64,000 bases of DNA, taken from the NCBI GenBank assembly GCA_963740085.1, contig CAVUCU010000007.1, forward strand, positions 64,001-128,000, given 5' to 3'. Within the stretch, counting starts at the first letter, position 1; every line of letters starts with the position of its first letter. Source of the stretch: Nitrospirota bacterium. GTDB lineage: Bacteria > Nitrospirota > UBA9217. This document shows positions 40,280-50,531 of this stretch, in pieces. Position numbers and translations under genes: made by a program. The notes under the pieces are model-generated. The model did no database searches, was not told the DNA's origin, and saw only the letters and a list, made by a program, of their open reading frames with translations.

Positions 40280-40515
40280 CCTGAACCTGAAACAGGAAAG
40301 ACCAAGACAAAATCTTTGACAAGGAGAATGGCGGATTAACAACCTGGAAGATCGCGATTTTTATAATCAGCGCAAATCTGCTGTAAAGAAGTTGACTATT
40401 TTCTTTACTCGTCTTTCCTTGTTACTTTGATTCTTGATCGCAAATGTCGGATTGGTTTTTCCCGTCTATCTCATTTTTAATTCTGCATTCTCCATTTCGT
40501 AATCCATACTTGGAT

Positions 40516-40878
40516 TTACTCCTTGGTCGCTTCCTGCATCCAGTCCAAGTACTCCCGCGAACCCGCGACGATCGGGAGCGCAATCACCTCCGGCACACTA
40601 TACGAGTGGAGCGATTTCACCTGAGCAACAAGTTGCTCCATATGCGTCAGCCTGCTCTTGCAGATGAGCAGGGTCTCCCGCTCATCGCGCCTCTTGCCCT
40701 CCCAGAAGAACAGGGAGCGCACCTCTGGCACGATGTTCACGCAAGCCGCAAGATGCCCGTCCACCAGCGCAGTCCCAATCTTGGCCGCTTCATCCCTGGT
40801 CGATGTCGTTATCAGCACAATGATTTCGTCTCCCACGCTATCATCCTCCAGGTCCTTATTTCGTTCCCCTGCTGCCAA
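40516..40878 (-). CDS. cutA: Divalent-cation tolerance protein CutA
   Basis: LAACVNI, SLFFWEG, HSYSVPEVIALPI; start uncertain. Confidence 0.9.
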   Translation of the reverse strand: MAAGERNKDLEDDSVGDEIIVLITTSTRDEAAKIGTALVDGHLAACVNIVPEVRSLFFWEGKRRDERETLLICKSRLTHMEQLVAQVKSLHSYSVPEVIALPIVAGSREYLDWMQEATKE

Positions 40879-42910
40879 GGCCTTTTAAGTCTATCATGGC
40901 TTTGTAGCGGTATTCCCCCGGCGTGACCGTATACGTCACGCTTAATCCCCAGCATTGTGATGTATAGTGCAGGAGATACTCCTCCTGTGTGGTCTTCTTG
41001 TTCAGCATATCGCGCCCCACCTGCGCGCGAAGGTCCCACTTGCTGAACTTTAATTCTCCCCCGCTGATCAGGTATTCCGCCCCTCCCTGTAAAAAAGAGT
41101 GCGTGAGATTCAGCGATACCACGCTTCCGGTAAAACCCACACTTTCGGAATGAGAAGACACGACGCGGTCATAGGCATTATAACTTCCGGTCGCTGACAT
41201 GCTGAACGTCTTGGGCGTTCGCAGATAAAGTTCTCCGAGCACCTCTGAACCCGGATGGGCTGGACTCCCGTGCTCCCGCGCTACGGAAAAGTCATAGGAC
41301 CGGGAGAGCCTGAAAACCATTAGGTCAAAGGTCGTATAATTAGGGGCATCCTTCGATTCTTTATAGTGTGCAGTCACTCGATTGATAAGTGAGATACTTG
41401 CAAGATTTTGCTCGGGAACGAAGTCCACTGAATCGAATTGAGGCAGGTTCCCCTGCTCCACATGGGGAACATAATTATATGATATCGTCGGTTCTAGTGA
41501 ATGCCTCACTTTTCCGATCCCGACCGCCCCATCGCTGCCATACACCCGGGAAACACGGGCATTCACATCAGTCCCCGCATAAAAATATTTTCGCTCCGTC
41601 GGTTCCACGGTCGTGGCGCTTCGATCATAAAACGTGGCCCGCACGCCGGCGTTCGGAGTAATACTCAGGCCGTTACTGCCGAACGTTGCAATCAACCGCG
41701 GGTTGAAGTCCGCGCGCCGCGCACCGCCATCTTCCTGTTTCGTAAAATTCGCCGCAGACCCCTCAAAGTTCAGGTGAAGGGGGCCGGCAAGCGTTTCATC
41801 GTAGATCGTATAGCGCAGTTCAGGCAGTTTTTGAACCGTCTTTTCGTTGGTCCGGGTGAGGTCGATCGAATATTGTCCCAGCAGATAGAGTGAAGCGGTG
41901 TTCCAGCGTTCCACGTAGAAAGCATTCGAGTCGAGATATGGTTTAGACCTGTTATCAAGCTTCTTATCGAGGTCGTAAAAGTAGTGCTCATCGCTCACCA
42001 GGTTGATGTCCGCACGGCCGGAGAGGTCATCGGCAAACTCCTCCTGGTGCTGGAGCACAAAATTCCACCTCGATTCGCCGGTATGATACTGGTCGAAAAA
42101 CTTGTAATACAGATTGCCCCTGGACTCCTGGGAATTCATATAGCGGTATTCTACAGCGGTCCCATGCCCGGTGCGCGCCCGGTAATCCGAATAGATGGTC
42201 ATATCTTTGTAATCCGAGATGGCCCAGAAGAACGCATTATCCGTGAAAACACCATCGCGGCTGCTGTACCCGACATCCTCCGGCAACAGAAATCCGGTCT
42301 GCCTGCGCACGGGAAAGAGAAAGTAGGGCGTGTAAAGCACCGGCAGACCTGCCACATTGAACGATATACTCCTGCCGGTGGCATACCGCTGCATGTCGAT
42401 GTTCAGCACATCCGCCTTCAGAAACCATTCTCCCTCATCGCAGGTGGTGATAGTGCCCTTCTCAACATGGTAGACGTTCTCAGAGTGCCGTTCGATCAGG
42501 TTTCCCTTCACGTGGAGATTATCCTTCTTGATAAAGATATCGCCGTTCGAGATAATTCCATCCCGGGTATTGATATTGACCTTCATTTTCTCGGCGTGCA
42601 TGATATCGCCCTTGTCCTGCAGGAACACCTTTCCTTCGGCCACGGCCTCTCCGGTCTTGTTGTCAAGTATTACCTTTTCGGCCTCAAGCCGCAGCCCCTC
42701 CTGCTCGATCTTCACGTGTCCGATCGCAATATACCGGTCATTGGTCCTGTCATAATCAAGAGTGTCCGCCGTCACCGTAACCGGGATTTTCTTCGGGAAT
42801 ACCTCGCTCCAGGCGTGTCGCGTAGGTCCTGCCAGCATCGCGGCGACAAGAAGGATGAGAACTATCGATGCTCTCCCGTGTTTCATAATGATCTTTTCAA
42901 GTCCTGACAA
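40856..42910 (-). CDS. lptD: LPS-assembly protein LptD
   Basis: N-terminal OstA jelly-roll (VTADTLDYD); TTC; RQTGFLLP; C-terminal QCW. Confidence 0.85.
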   Translation of the reverse strand: MSGLEKIIMKHGRASIVLILLVAAMLAGPTRHAWSEVFPKKIPVTVTADTLDYDRTNDRYIAIGHVKIEQEGLRLEAEKVILDNKTGEAVAEGKVFLQDKGDIMHAEKMKVNINTRDGIISNGDIFIKKDNLHVKGNLIERHSENVYHVEKGTITTCDEGEWFLKADVLNIDMQRYATGRSISFNVAGLPVLYTPYFLFPVRRQTGFLLPEDVGYSSRDGVFTDNAFFWAISDYKDMTIYSDYRARTGHGTAVEYRYMNSQESRGNLYYKFFDQYHTGESRWNFVLQHQEEFADDLSGRADINLVSDEHYFYDLDKKLDNRSKPYLDSNAFYVERWNTASLYLLGQYSIDLTRTNEKTVQKLPELRYTIYDETLAGPLHLNFEGSAANFTKQEDGGARRADFNPRLIATFGSNGLSITPNAGVRATFYDRSATTVEPTERKYFYAGTDVNARVSRVYGSDGAVGIGKVRHSLEPTISYNYVPHVEQGNLPQFDSVDFVPEQNLASISLINRVTAHYKESKDAPNYTTFDLMVFRLSRSYDFSVAREHGSPAHPGSEVLGELYLRTPKTFSMSATGSYNAYDRVVSSHSESVGFTGSVVSLNLTHSFLQGGAEYLISGGELKFSKWDLRAQVGRDMLNKKTTQEEYLLHYTSQCWGLSVTYTVTPGEYRYKAMIDLKGLGSRGTK

Positions 42911-42955
42911 TTTATGATCCGAAATCCGGAATCCGAAAGCCGCAATCGACTCACC

Positions 42956-44305
42956 TCATCCTTTCAGCCCGCTCAGCGCCCCGGACACGTCTGCTTCCGG
43001 GTGGAACACCGCCCGCGCATCGCCCACCATGTAGAGTGAACCGGTGACAAGCACAAGATCGTCCGAAGATACTTTGTCCCCGGCCGTTGCGATGGCCTCA
43101 CTGACCGTATTCGCGGTCTCGACGGAGCGATGCAGCTTCCGTATTTCCGCCGCAAGCGCCTGGACCTCCCTTGCCCGTGAATACCGGGGCTTCGTCACCA
43201 CCACGTGGTCGGCAAGAGAGACCAGTGCGGTTATGATCCCCTGGTAGTCCTTGTCTTCAAGAATGCCGAGAATGAGGACGACCCGCCGGTAAGCCGGTTT
43301 CATTTCCCGGATTGTCGCTGCGAGTTTCTGTGCTGATGCGGGGTTATGCGCGCCATCAAGATAGATATCGGGTTTGCGCGCTACAAGCTCAAGACGTCCT
43401 TCCCAGCGGGCCTGTTCGAGACCGCTGCGCACCGCAGCCTCGTCCACAATAATTCCGGCGTCGCGCAGGCATTCGATCGTCGCCAGGGCCAGACTCGCAT
43501 TGTCCACCTGATACCTGCCGAGCATGCTGATCCGAATCTTTTCGTAAGAAGTCTTGATCCCCCGATAATCAAAGACCTGCGCAAGCTGAGATGCGATAAC
43601 GCCGGGCATAAAATCCTTGGACAACCGATAGACCCTGGCCTTGCGGGCCGCGGCCTCCTGCTCGATGACGGTGATGACCTCCTCTTGTATTGCTCCTGTC
43701 ACCACCGGGACCCCGTGCTTGATGATGCCCGCCTTTTCTCCGGCGATCTGGATGAGCGTGGTCCCCAGGAACTCAGTGTGTTCAAGCTCAATATTCGTAA
43801 TCACCGAAACAAGCGGGGTGATGACGTTCGTGGAATCGAGCCTGCCGCCCATCCCGACCTCGATCACGGCAATGTCCACGCCTTCTTCCGCGAAGTAGGT
43901 GAACGCCATGGCGGTCGTAACCTCGAAAAACGTGGGACTGAACGCGACCGTTCCATCAGGACCTTCCGTGTTCCGAGCAACGTCCCGCACCCGACCCGCA
44001 AGCTCCACCACCTTAGCCTCGGTGATCAGAGAGGTGTTGATCCTGATCCGCTCGGTAAAACTGACCAGGTGCGGAGAGGTATAAAGCCCGACGCGATATC
44101 CCGCAGCCTGCAGCATGCTCGCGATAAATGAAGACGTCGATCCCTTTCCGTTCGTGCCCGCAACATGCACGGACCGGAACTTCCGGTGCGGGTCTCCCAT
44201 GAGCGCCATTAGCGCAAGGCTGTTGGACAGCGCAAGTTTGATCCCGTGCTTCTGGAGCGCATAAAGGTAGTCGATGGTTTCCCGGTATGCTCTGTCAAGG
44301 GACAT
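42956..44305 (-). CDS. folC: Folylpolyglutamate synthase / dihydrofolate synthase
   Basis: HVAGTNGKGST, YTSPHL, EVGMGGRLDSTN, LDGAHNP, VTGSLY. Confidence 0.95.
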   Translation of the reverse strand: MSLDRAYRETIDYLYALQKHGIKLALSNSLALMALMGDPHRKFRSVHVAGTNGKGSTSSFIASMLQAAGYRVGLYTSPHLVSFTERIRINTSLITEAKVVELAGRVRDVARNTEGPDGTVAFSPTFFEVTTAMAFTYFAEEGVDIAVIEVGMGGRLDSTNVITPLVSVITNIELEHTEFLGTTLIQIAGEKAGIIKHGVPVVTGAIQEEVITVIEQEAAARKARVYRLSKDFMPGVIASQLAQVFDYRGIKTSYEKIRISMLGRYQVDNASLALATIECLRDAGIIVDEAAVRSGLEQARWEGRLELVARKPDIYLDGAHNPASAQKLAATIREMKPAYRRVVLILGILEDKDYQGIITALVSLADHVVVTKPRYSRAREVQALAAEIRKLHRSVETANTVSEAIATAGDKVSSDDLVLVTGSLYMVGDARAVFHPEADVSGALSGLKG

Positions 44306-44379
44306 CGTCGTATGAGCTCCGTTTCTCCGTCAACAGTCCGGTCCGCTGAGCCTCGGGGATGCCGCCAGCCGGCTTCCCG

Positions 44380-45240
44380 CTACAGTGCGGCTGAGGTTGC
44401 GGGAGCGGTCACCAGCGGGGCGGGGGCCGCGGTCACCGGTGTGTGCGTTTCAGCGCTTTGGACCGGATGAGACGCCGGTATCGATTTTTCAATGGTCTGG
44501 GGAGCCTCTTTCAGCGTCAGCACAAAAGGGATCTGTTGGTCGGCGGGGAACGATTTAAACCGCTTACGATCATAGCGCACCTTTGCCACTTCCGCCATCC
44601 GGTCGAAGAACGTAAGGAGCTCTTGCGCTGTCAGCTTGCCGGACAACTGCCGTTCAGTGTCGCTGAACTTCATCTTCCGAAGTTCCCCGTGGCCGCCCAT
44701 GACCTCATTGACCCGCTGAATTGCAGAGGTCTCATTGATCGGCACAATGCTCACCGCCAGTGGAGCCAAGGCTCGACTGGAGACGCGTTGCGGCACCGGC
44801 CGTTGCACCCCGGCCACCGGCTTCGTCACAACAGGTGCCTCTGTTTTCGGCGCTGCCGCCGGAGCTGGCGGGGTGGTTGCCGGCGAGGTCCTCTCGATGC
44901 TCTCGATCTCAAGATCAAGCTGACGCGGCAGCATAGCGTAATAATAGATTCCCGCGGCAACAAGGACGATCCCAGCGAGCCATAAGGGTCGATACAGGAT
45001 CTTCTTAAGTTTCGCAAGCGCGAAGACGCCTTCCTTCAGCCGGTGAGAGACGCCCTCAGTTTGGTCGATGTCTTTCAGAAGCTGGCGGGTTTCCTCCATG
45101 CGCCTGAGCGTTTCGAACTCTGATTTGCATACCACACAGGCCCGCAGATGCCTTTCGATCCTGTTTCGCGTGGTCCAAAACACGTGGCCGCGCAGAAGGT
45201 CAGGGAGCGCCTTTCTTGTCCGTTCACATTCTTTTTTCAT
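44380..45240 (-). CDS. zf-HC2 (anti-sigma-like) membrane protein
   Basis: HLRACVVC (HxxxCxxC); single TM helix; Pro/Ala-rich linker. Confidence 0.7.
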   Translation of the reverse strand: MKKECERTRKALPDLLRGHVFWTTRNRIERHLRACVVCKSEFETLRRMEETRQLLKDIDQTEGVSHRLKEGVFALAKLKKILYRPLWLAGIVLVAAGIYYYAMLPRQLDLEIESIERTSPATTPPAPAAAPKTEAPVVTKPVAGVQRPVPQRVSSRALAPLAVSIVPINETSAIQRVNEVMGGHGELRKMKFSDTERQLSGKLTAQELLTFFDRMAEVAKVRYDRKRFKSFPADQQIPFVLTLKEAPQTIEKSIPASHPVQSAETHTPVTAAPAPLVTAPATSAAL

Positions 45241-45307
45241 ACGAACTCACCTCGGTGCGCCGGCATTCGGACGATCCTGAACCAACGTCACAAAGCGCGC
45301 TTGAGCG

Positions 45308-46120
45308 CTACACTCCTCCCACCTTCACCTGCTCCGCGTGAAGCTGCGAATCACCGAGAAACCGCTTGCCGATCGCCTCGAAACGCATCGGTGTGTCGGT
45401 CACATAAAATTTCCGGATAATCTCGCCGGCCATGCCCCCTCGCCATTTAAGCTTCTCGAGCACATCCGCCACTTCCTTGGCCGTTTCGGTCGCCGAGTCG
45501 ATCAGCGTGATCCCGGGGCCGACGGCCTTGCTGATCACCGTTTTGAGCAGCGGATAGTGCGTACAGCCCAACACCAGCATATCAATGCCCGTTTTCCGGA
45601 ATGGAGCGAGATATTTTCCGGCAACCAGCTCCGCCACATCATTGTCCGTCCATCCCTCTTCGGCCAGCGGCACGAAGAGCGGACAGGCAAGGCTCGTTAC
45701 CTCGACATCGGGTGCAAGCCGTTTGATGGCCTTCTCATAGGCGCCGCTGCTGATCGTGGCCTCGGTGCCGATGATCCCCACCTTGCGGGTCTTCGTTGCG
45801 GCGACCGCGGCACGGGCGCCAGGTTCGAGCACGCCAATAACGGGCAACGGGAATTCCTTCTTTATCGCCTCGAGGCTGACCGCAGTCGCCGTGTTGCAGG
45901 CTACCACAAGCATCTTGATCTCCTGGGACAGCAGGAAGTTCGTGTTCTCGAAGCTGTAGCGCGTCACTGTCTCAGCCGAGCGAATGCCATAGGGGACCCG
46001 CGCCGTGTCGCCGAGATAAATGATGTTCTCGTCCGGAAGCTTGGCCATGATCTCCTTGAGCACCGTGAGACCACCGATGCCGGAGTCGAATATGCCGATT
46101 GCCTTTTGCATAGTATTCAA
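45308..46120 (-). CDS. murI: Glutamate racemase
   Basis: FDSGIGGL, VACNTA, LGCTHYP. Confidence 0.96.
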   Translation of the reverse strand: MNTMQKAIGIFDSGIGGLTVLKEIMAKLPDENIIYLGDTARVPYGIRSAETVTRYSFENTNFLLSQEIKMLVVACNTATAVSLEAIKKEFPLPVIGVLEPGARAAVAATKTRKVGIIGTEATISSGAYEKAIKRLAPDVEVTSLACPLFVPLAEEGWTDNDVAELVAGKYLAPFRKTGIDMLVLGCTHYPLLKTVISKAVGPGITLIDSATETAKEVADVLEKLKWRGGMAGEIIRKFYVTDTPMRFEAIGKRFLGDSQLHAEQVKVGGV

Positions 46121-46303
46121 TAAAACCTTTTCACCGCAGATGACGCAGAGGAATCCTTATAAAAATATTGTGCACTCGGTAGCGTCGGAAGAACGGATTT
46201 AGATCCCGGATCATGACTGATTTTTAAATGCCTGAATTGATCCGAGTTCATCTACGTCCGGAAGGTTCCTGCTTTGTCTTCCTCTTTGGTAAAAAATGCG
46301 TTC

Positions 46304-46900
46304 TTACTGTTTCGCCAGGTCCATTCTCTTTGTGAACGTCCTCGACAGGTCCATATGCCCCGCCAGGGTCTGCGCTTCCCTGCCGTCAAGCAGCAACATG
46401 ACCTGCTTGATCTCCTCGAAATTCTGAAGGAGCGTATTCACCAGCGCGTAGATCGCCAGCTGCTCCTCCCATGCCGACGCGCGCACGTCCTTTTGCGGGC
46501 CCAGGGCGAGGTCGATGTAGGCCGTGCCGGAACCGTCAAGATACAGCTCCCGCAGCCTGATGTCCCGCAACACCGGCTCCAGCGGGGCCCGCTGGTCTTC
46601 GAACAGGGCCGCAAGCGCTGCACGCGCCTGCGCCTGCATATCGGGCTGACGCTTCACAACAGTTGACCCCGTCGCAAGCATCCCCTCATGGGGGTAATAG
46701 AGCGTGATCGAGAGCGGCTCGTCGCGCATCAACTGCTGTGCGAGCTGCCGGTCCTGCTCCGCCGGAACCGGGGCCGTATTCGTTAAGTCCATCCGCCACC
46801 AGAGCAGCCCCGCCCCTGTCGCGACGATGGCGGCGAGGATGATCACCAGGCCGAACAGCATCCGGTTGCTTTGCATGCTGCGGTCAGTTCTCTCGGACAT
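46304..46900 (-). CDS. GerMN-domain protein
   Basis: TM helix; TAYIDL, IYALVNTL, TLAGHMDL; between the amidase and murI. Confidence 0.85.
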   Translation of the reverse strand: MSERTDRSMQSNRMLFGLVIILAAIVATGAGLLWWRMDLTNTAPVPAEQDRQLAQQLMRDEPLSITLYYPHEGMLATGSTVVKRQPDMQAQARAALAALFEDQRAPLEPVLRDIRLRELYLDGSGTAYIDLALGPQKDVRASAWEEQLAIYALVNTLLQNFEEIKQVMLLLDGREAQTLAGHMDLSRTFTKRMDLAKQ

Positions 46901-47894
46901 ACTGTTCGATCCCCTTTACGATCGCCTCAGCCGTCTGTACCCGGTCCGTCTCCATGCCTATCTCGACCATGACCGCTGCCGCGTCCACGGCCTTGAGCAG
47001 CACCAGCGGTGCCTGCACGGGCTCGGCGATGTCCTGACCGGCAAGCTGCCGCGCAAGCAGCCGGCCGAGGGCCCCGCTCTCTCGTGCGTGTGCCGCCTGC
47101 TGTTTTCCCCAGAGCATCTCCTTCTGTTCGCTCCCTGCCTCGTAGCCGAGGAAATCACCGCTCACGGGCCGGGCGGTCTGCGTTTCCGGCTCATCAAGCA
47201 GGTCCTGGATAAAGACCCGCGAGCCGGTGCCCGTCGCGGAATGAATGGCCACGAAAAGCAGTGCACCGGCTGCGTTCGATGCTGCGGCCCGTTCGTCAGG
47301 CGTGAGCGAATGGTCCTTTTCCCGGGTAAGGATCACCTTCAGCTTCGGGTCCTTCTGCAGCATCTTCCTGATCGCAAGCGAGAGGTCCAGCGTGATCATC
47401 TTTTCCTGCCCCCGCGGCGCAACAATACCCGTGTCTTTGCCTCCATGTCCTGGATCGAGCACGATGACCGTTGGCTTGTCCGCTAGAGGTGCAGTGACCG
47501 GGGCCGCTCCCTTCGAGATGTCGATCACGATCCGGTCAGGCCCTCGAAGCACGAAGTCCTTCGCCTCTCCGGCCGCTCCGTTAAGGTGGATGACAACAGC
47601 GGTCCTCCCCGCCTCTACTCGCGACTCCAGGCCGAGCACCACGCTGTCACGGACCATCGGCAGCGGCGTTTTAAGCTTGAACGGGCCGTCATAGGCGCTC
47701 AGCGTGAAGCTGCGCCCGTCCGTCGAGCGCAGCAGAACATAGGGCGCCGCGGCCTCTATCTCAAAAACGATCCGGGTGAACGTAGCGTAGGAAGCATACC
47801 GCACGCCCTTTACGGTCAGTCCTTTTTCAGCTGCGCCTGCGCAGACAGGCGACGAAAGCTGACAGAGAATAATGAGTGCGAACAATGTGCGCAT
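46884..47894 (-). CDS. N-acetylmuramoyl-L-alanine amidase (AMIN-like + Amidase_3)
   Basis: MRTLFAL signal peptide; TRIVFE, PDRIVID, LDPGHGGKD, LTRE, AIH, VEIG. Confidence 0.88.
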   Translation of the reverse strand: MRTLFALIILCQLSSPVCAGAAEKGLTVKGVRYASYATFTRIVFEIEAAAPYVLLRSTDGRSFTLSAYDGPFKLKTPLPMVRDSVVLGLESRVEAGRTAVVIHLNGAAGEAKDFVLRGPDRIVIDISKGAAPVTAPLADKPTVIVLDPGHGGKDTGIVAPRGQEKMITLDLSLAIRKMLQKDPKLKVILTREKDHSLTPDERAAASNAAGALLFVAIHSATGTGSRVFIQDLLDEPETQTARPVSGDFLGYEAGSEQKEMLWGKQQAAHARESGALGRLLARQLAGQDIAEPVQAPLVLLKAVDAAAVMVEIGMETDRVQTAEAIVKGIEQYVREN

Positions 47895-48007
47895 ACCGCT
47901 TGCAATACTAACATAACAAACAGCTTTGCGCAAGAAAAAGGCGGGAAAATCAGGATCGTGCAACTTGAATTTGCTTTCTTCCGTTCTCCATGTTAATCTG
48001 CTTTTCG

Positions 48008-49942
48008 ATGAATGCCATGAAGATTTTCGGGGACACGGGAATGATCGCGCTGGCCATGCAGCGGGCTTACGAGCATCGTCCGCAGCAGAGTGAGATGGCG
48101 GCGGCCGTGGAGAAAGCGCTCGAGAGTAAAAAGCATTTGACCGTTGAGGCCGGCACGGGCGTGGGCAAAAGTCTGGCTTATCTTGTGCCTCTGGTCCTCC
48201 GGGCGCGGGAGGAAAACCAGCGCGCCGTGGTCGCGACGTACACCAAGGCTCTCCAGCAGCAGCTGGTGAACAAAGACCTGCCTTTCCTGAGGTCCGTGCT
48301 CGGAGATTTCCGCTTTGCGCTCTGCGTGGGCGGCGAGAACTACCTCTGCCTCCGCAGGTTCGACCACCTCCGCATCGGCAACCTGTATGAGCAGCAAGAG
48401 ATCGAGCCCCTGAATCGCCTCTTTGTCTGGTCCACCATGACGCGCACCGGGCTTCGAAGCGAGCTGGACATCGAGCCCTCTCCAGCCCTTTGGGGCAAGG
48501 CATGCAGACAAGCGGACCTCTGCTTCGGCAAGGACTGTTCCTACTTTAAAGATTGCTTCTATCTGAAGGCGAAGGCGATCGAGCAGCAGGCGCACATTCT
48601 CGTGGCGAACCACCACCTTTTCTTTGCCGACATGGCAACGGGCGGCAATGTGCTGCCCCTGCATAAGGTCGTTGTCTTCGACGAGGCGCACCAGATCGAG
48701 GATGTGGCAACAGATTACCTCGGGGTCGAGGTCACGAACTTCGCGGTCCGTTACCTCATGGACACGCTCCTGAGCCAGCGCACGCGCAGAGGTATGCTCA
48801 CGCGCCTCACCATACAGGACCCGGATACGCAGATCGTGCACGGTATGGTTGACGCTCTCCGCGTCATATCGGACAACTTCTTTTTAAACTTCCAGCCCCT
48901 GCTCGCCAAAGATCCGGCGCTCAGGATCAGACGGAGGAACATCGTGCCCGATATCCTGAGCGAACCGCTCATGGAACTCCGGGACGCCCTTCTCCAGCTC
49001 AAGGCCGGGACCCAGGAGGAGGAACTCGAGATCAAGGCCCTGGCCAACAGGGCGCAGTCCTTTGCGACCGCGATACGGGTAAATCTCGAACAGAGCGCCG
49101 ATGGCTTCGTGTACTGGGCCGAGCGCGAGAACATGCGGTATCGGCTCGTTGCTTCGCCCATCGATGTCGCGGATACACTGCGGGAAAATCTTTTTGAAAA
49201 AACAGACACCGTAGTGCTCACCTCGGCCACGCTCTCCACCGCAGGCACCTTCACCTACATCAAGAACCGGCTTGGTCTGGACGCGCCGATGGAATTGATC
49301 CTCGACTCACCCTTTGACTTCCAACACCAGGCCCTGCTCTACATCGCCTCCGGCCTCGACGATCAGCAGGCAAGCGGGTATCAGGAAAGGTTCGATGCTG
49401 AATTGAGCGCTGTTCTGTCCGTGACGCGGGGGAGAACGCTTGTGCTCTTTACCAGTTACGGCCAGCTCAGAAAGAGCGCGGAGACGCTGCGGAGGGAAAT
49501 GCCCGACCTCGGTTTCCTGTGCCAGGGAGAGATGCCGCCCTACCGGCTGATCGAGCAGTTCAAAAGCGCGTCGACCGCGGTACTCATGGGCACGGCGTCC
49601 TTCTGGCAGGGCATCGACATCCCCGGCGATGCCCTGCAGTGCGTCGTCATCGCGAAACTGCCGTTCGCTGTGCCCGACGAACCCATTGTCGAAGCGCGCA
49701 TGGAGCGGCTCAAAAATCCCTTCTATGAATATCAGGTGCCGCAGGCTGCGCTGCTCTTCCGCCAGGGCTTCGGCAGGCTCATCCGCACAAAAACGGATCG
49801 CGGAGCGGTGGCCGTGCTTGACTCGCGCATCATGACAAAAGGCTACGGCAAGTGGTTTTTGAGGTCGATCCCGAAGTGCCGGATCACGGATGATCGGGAG
49901 GAGTTCAGAAAGTTTTTCGAGGGTCTACGGGGGAAAAAGTAA
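48008..49942 (+). CDS. DinG/YoaA-family Fe-S ATP-dependent DNA helicase
   Basis: RPQQ, EAGTGVGKS, Cys cluster, VFDEAH, LTSATL, FWQGIDIPG, QGFGRLIR. Confidence 0.92.
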   Translation: MNAMKIFGDTGMIALAMQRAYEHRPQQSEMAAAVEKALESKKHLTVEAGTGVGKSLAYLVPLVLRAREENQRAVVATYTKALQQQLVNKDLPFLRSVLGDFRFALCVGGENYLCLRRFDHLRIGNLYEQQEIEPLNRLFVWSTMTRTGLRSELDIEPSPALWGKACRQADLCFGKDCSYFKDCFYLKAKAIEQQAHILVANHHLFFADMATGGNVLPLHKVVVFDEAHQIEDVATDYLGVEVTNFAVRYLMDTLLSQRTRRGMLTRLTIQDPDTQIVHGMVDALRVISDNFFLNFQPLLAKDPALRIRRRNIVPDILSEPLMELRDALLQLKAGTQEEELEIKALANRAQSFATAIRVNLEQSADGFVYWAERENMRYRLVASPIDVADTLRENLFEKTDTVVLTSATLSTAGTFTYIKNRLGLDAPMELILDSPFDFQHQALLYIASGLDDQQASGYQERFDAELSAVLSVTRGRTLVLFTSYGQLRKSAETLRREMPDLGFLCQGEMPPYRLIEQFKSASTAVLMGTASFWQGIDIPGDALQCVVIAKLPFAVPDEPIVEARMERLKNPFYEYQVPQAALLFRQGFGRLIRTKTDRGAVAVLDSRIMTKGYGKWFLRSIPKCRITDDREEFRKFFEGLRGKK

Positions 49943-50234
49943 CTCCGCAGCCCTGTCTCGTGCAATGGCCAAAATAGGTTTTGGTCCGGACTGTCCAGGA
50001 TATTTCCTGACCCTCCGCTGCTCCTCCCCTCTGAATATGATAGAATCAATCCAAAGGGAGGCCCGGGGAGAACAACCGCCGTTCCTGATGCTCATGTTCA
50101 GCGCCGCGCTATGACCTTTCCACTGCCAAATTTTTTGACACTTGAGAAAAGGCTGATACAATTACCGTCATGTAAAAGCAACGATATTGACACGGAGGGT
50201 TCACCCTTTTTTCTTTCGCCCAATGGAGGACGCC

Positions 50235-50531
50235 ATGAATAAGTATCAGCTCAAACTTTTCATTACCGGGCAAACCATCCGCTCTGGGCGTGCAATCACC
50301 AACCTGCGCCGGATTCTTGAAAAGGAACTGGGGACGGGATACGAACTGATCATCATCGACGTCCTGGAACAGCCGCAGGATGCCGAACATGACAAGATCC
50401 TTGCTACGCCGACCTTGATCAAGGAATTTCCGCCGCCGGTCAGACGGATCATCGGCGATCTCTCCGATACGAAACAGGTTTTGCTGGGACTTGAGCTGCC
50501 TCACCAGGAATCAAGAACGGAGGAAAAATAA
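50235..50531 (+). CDS. kaiB: KaiB-family protein
   Basis: [45 protein letters not shown]; GGAGGA RBS. Confidence 0.93.
   Translation: MNKYQLKLFITGQTIRSGRAITNLRRILEKELGTGYELIIIDVLEQPQDAEHDKILATPTLIKEFPPPVRRIIGDLSDTKQVLLGLELPHQESRTEEK

Noticed and set aside
46884-48503. 539-aa version of the amidase, and other long antisense ORFs (e.g. 12215-13177, 35404-36318, 41984-42907, 58414-59472)
   Set aside because: Shadow frames of well-supported genes in GC-rich DNA; no independent motifs.
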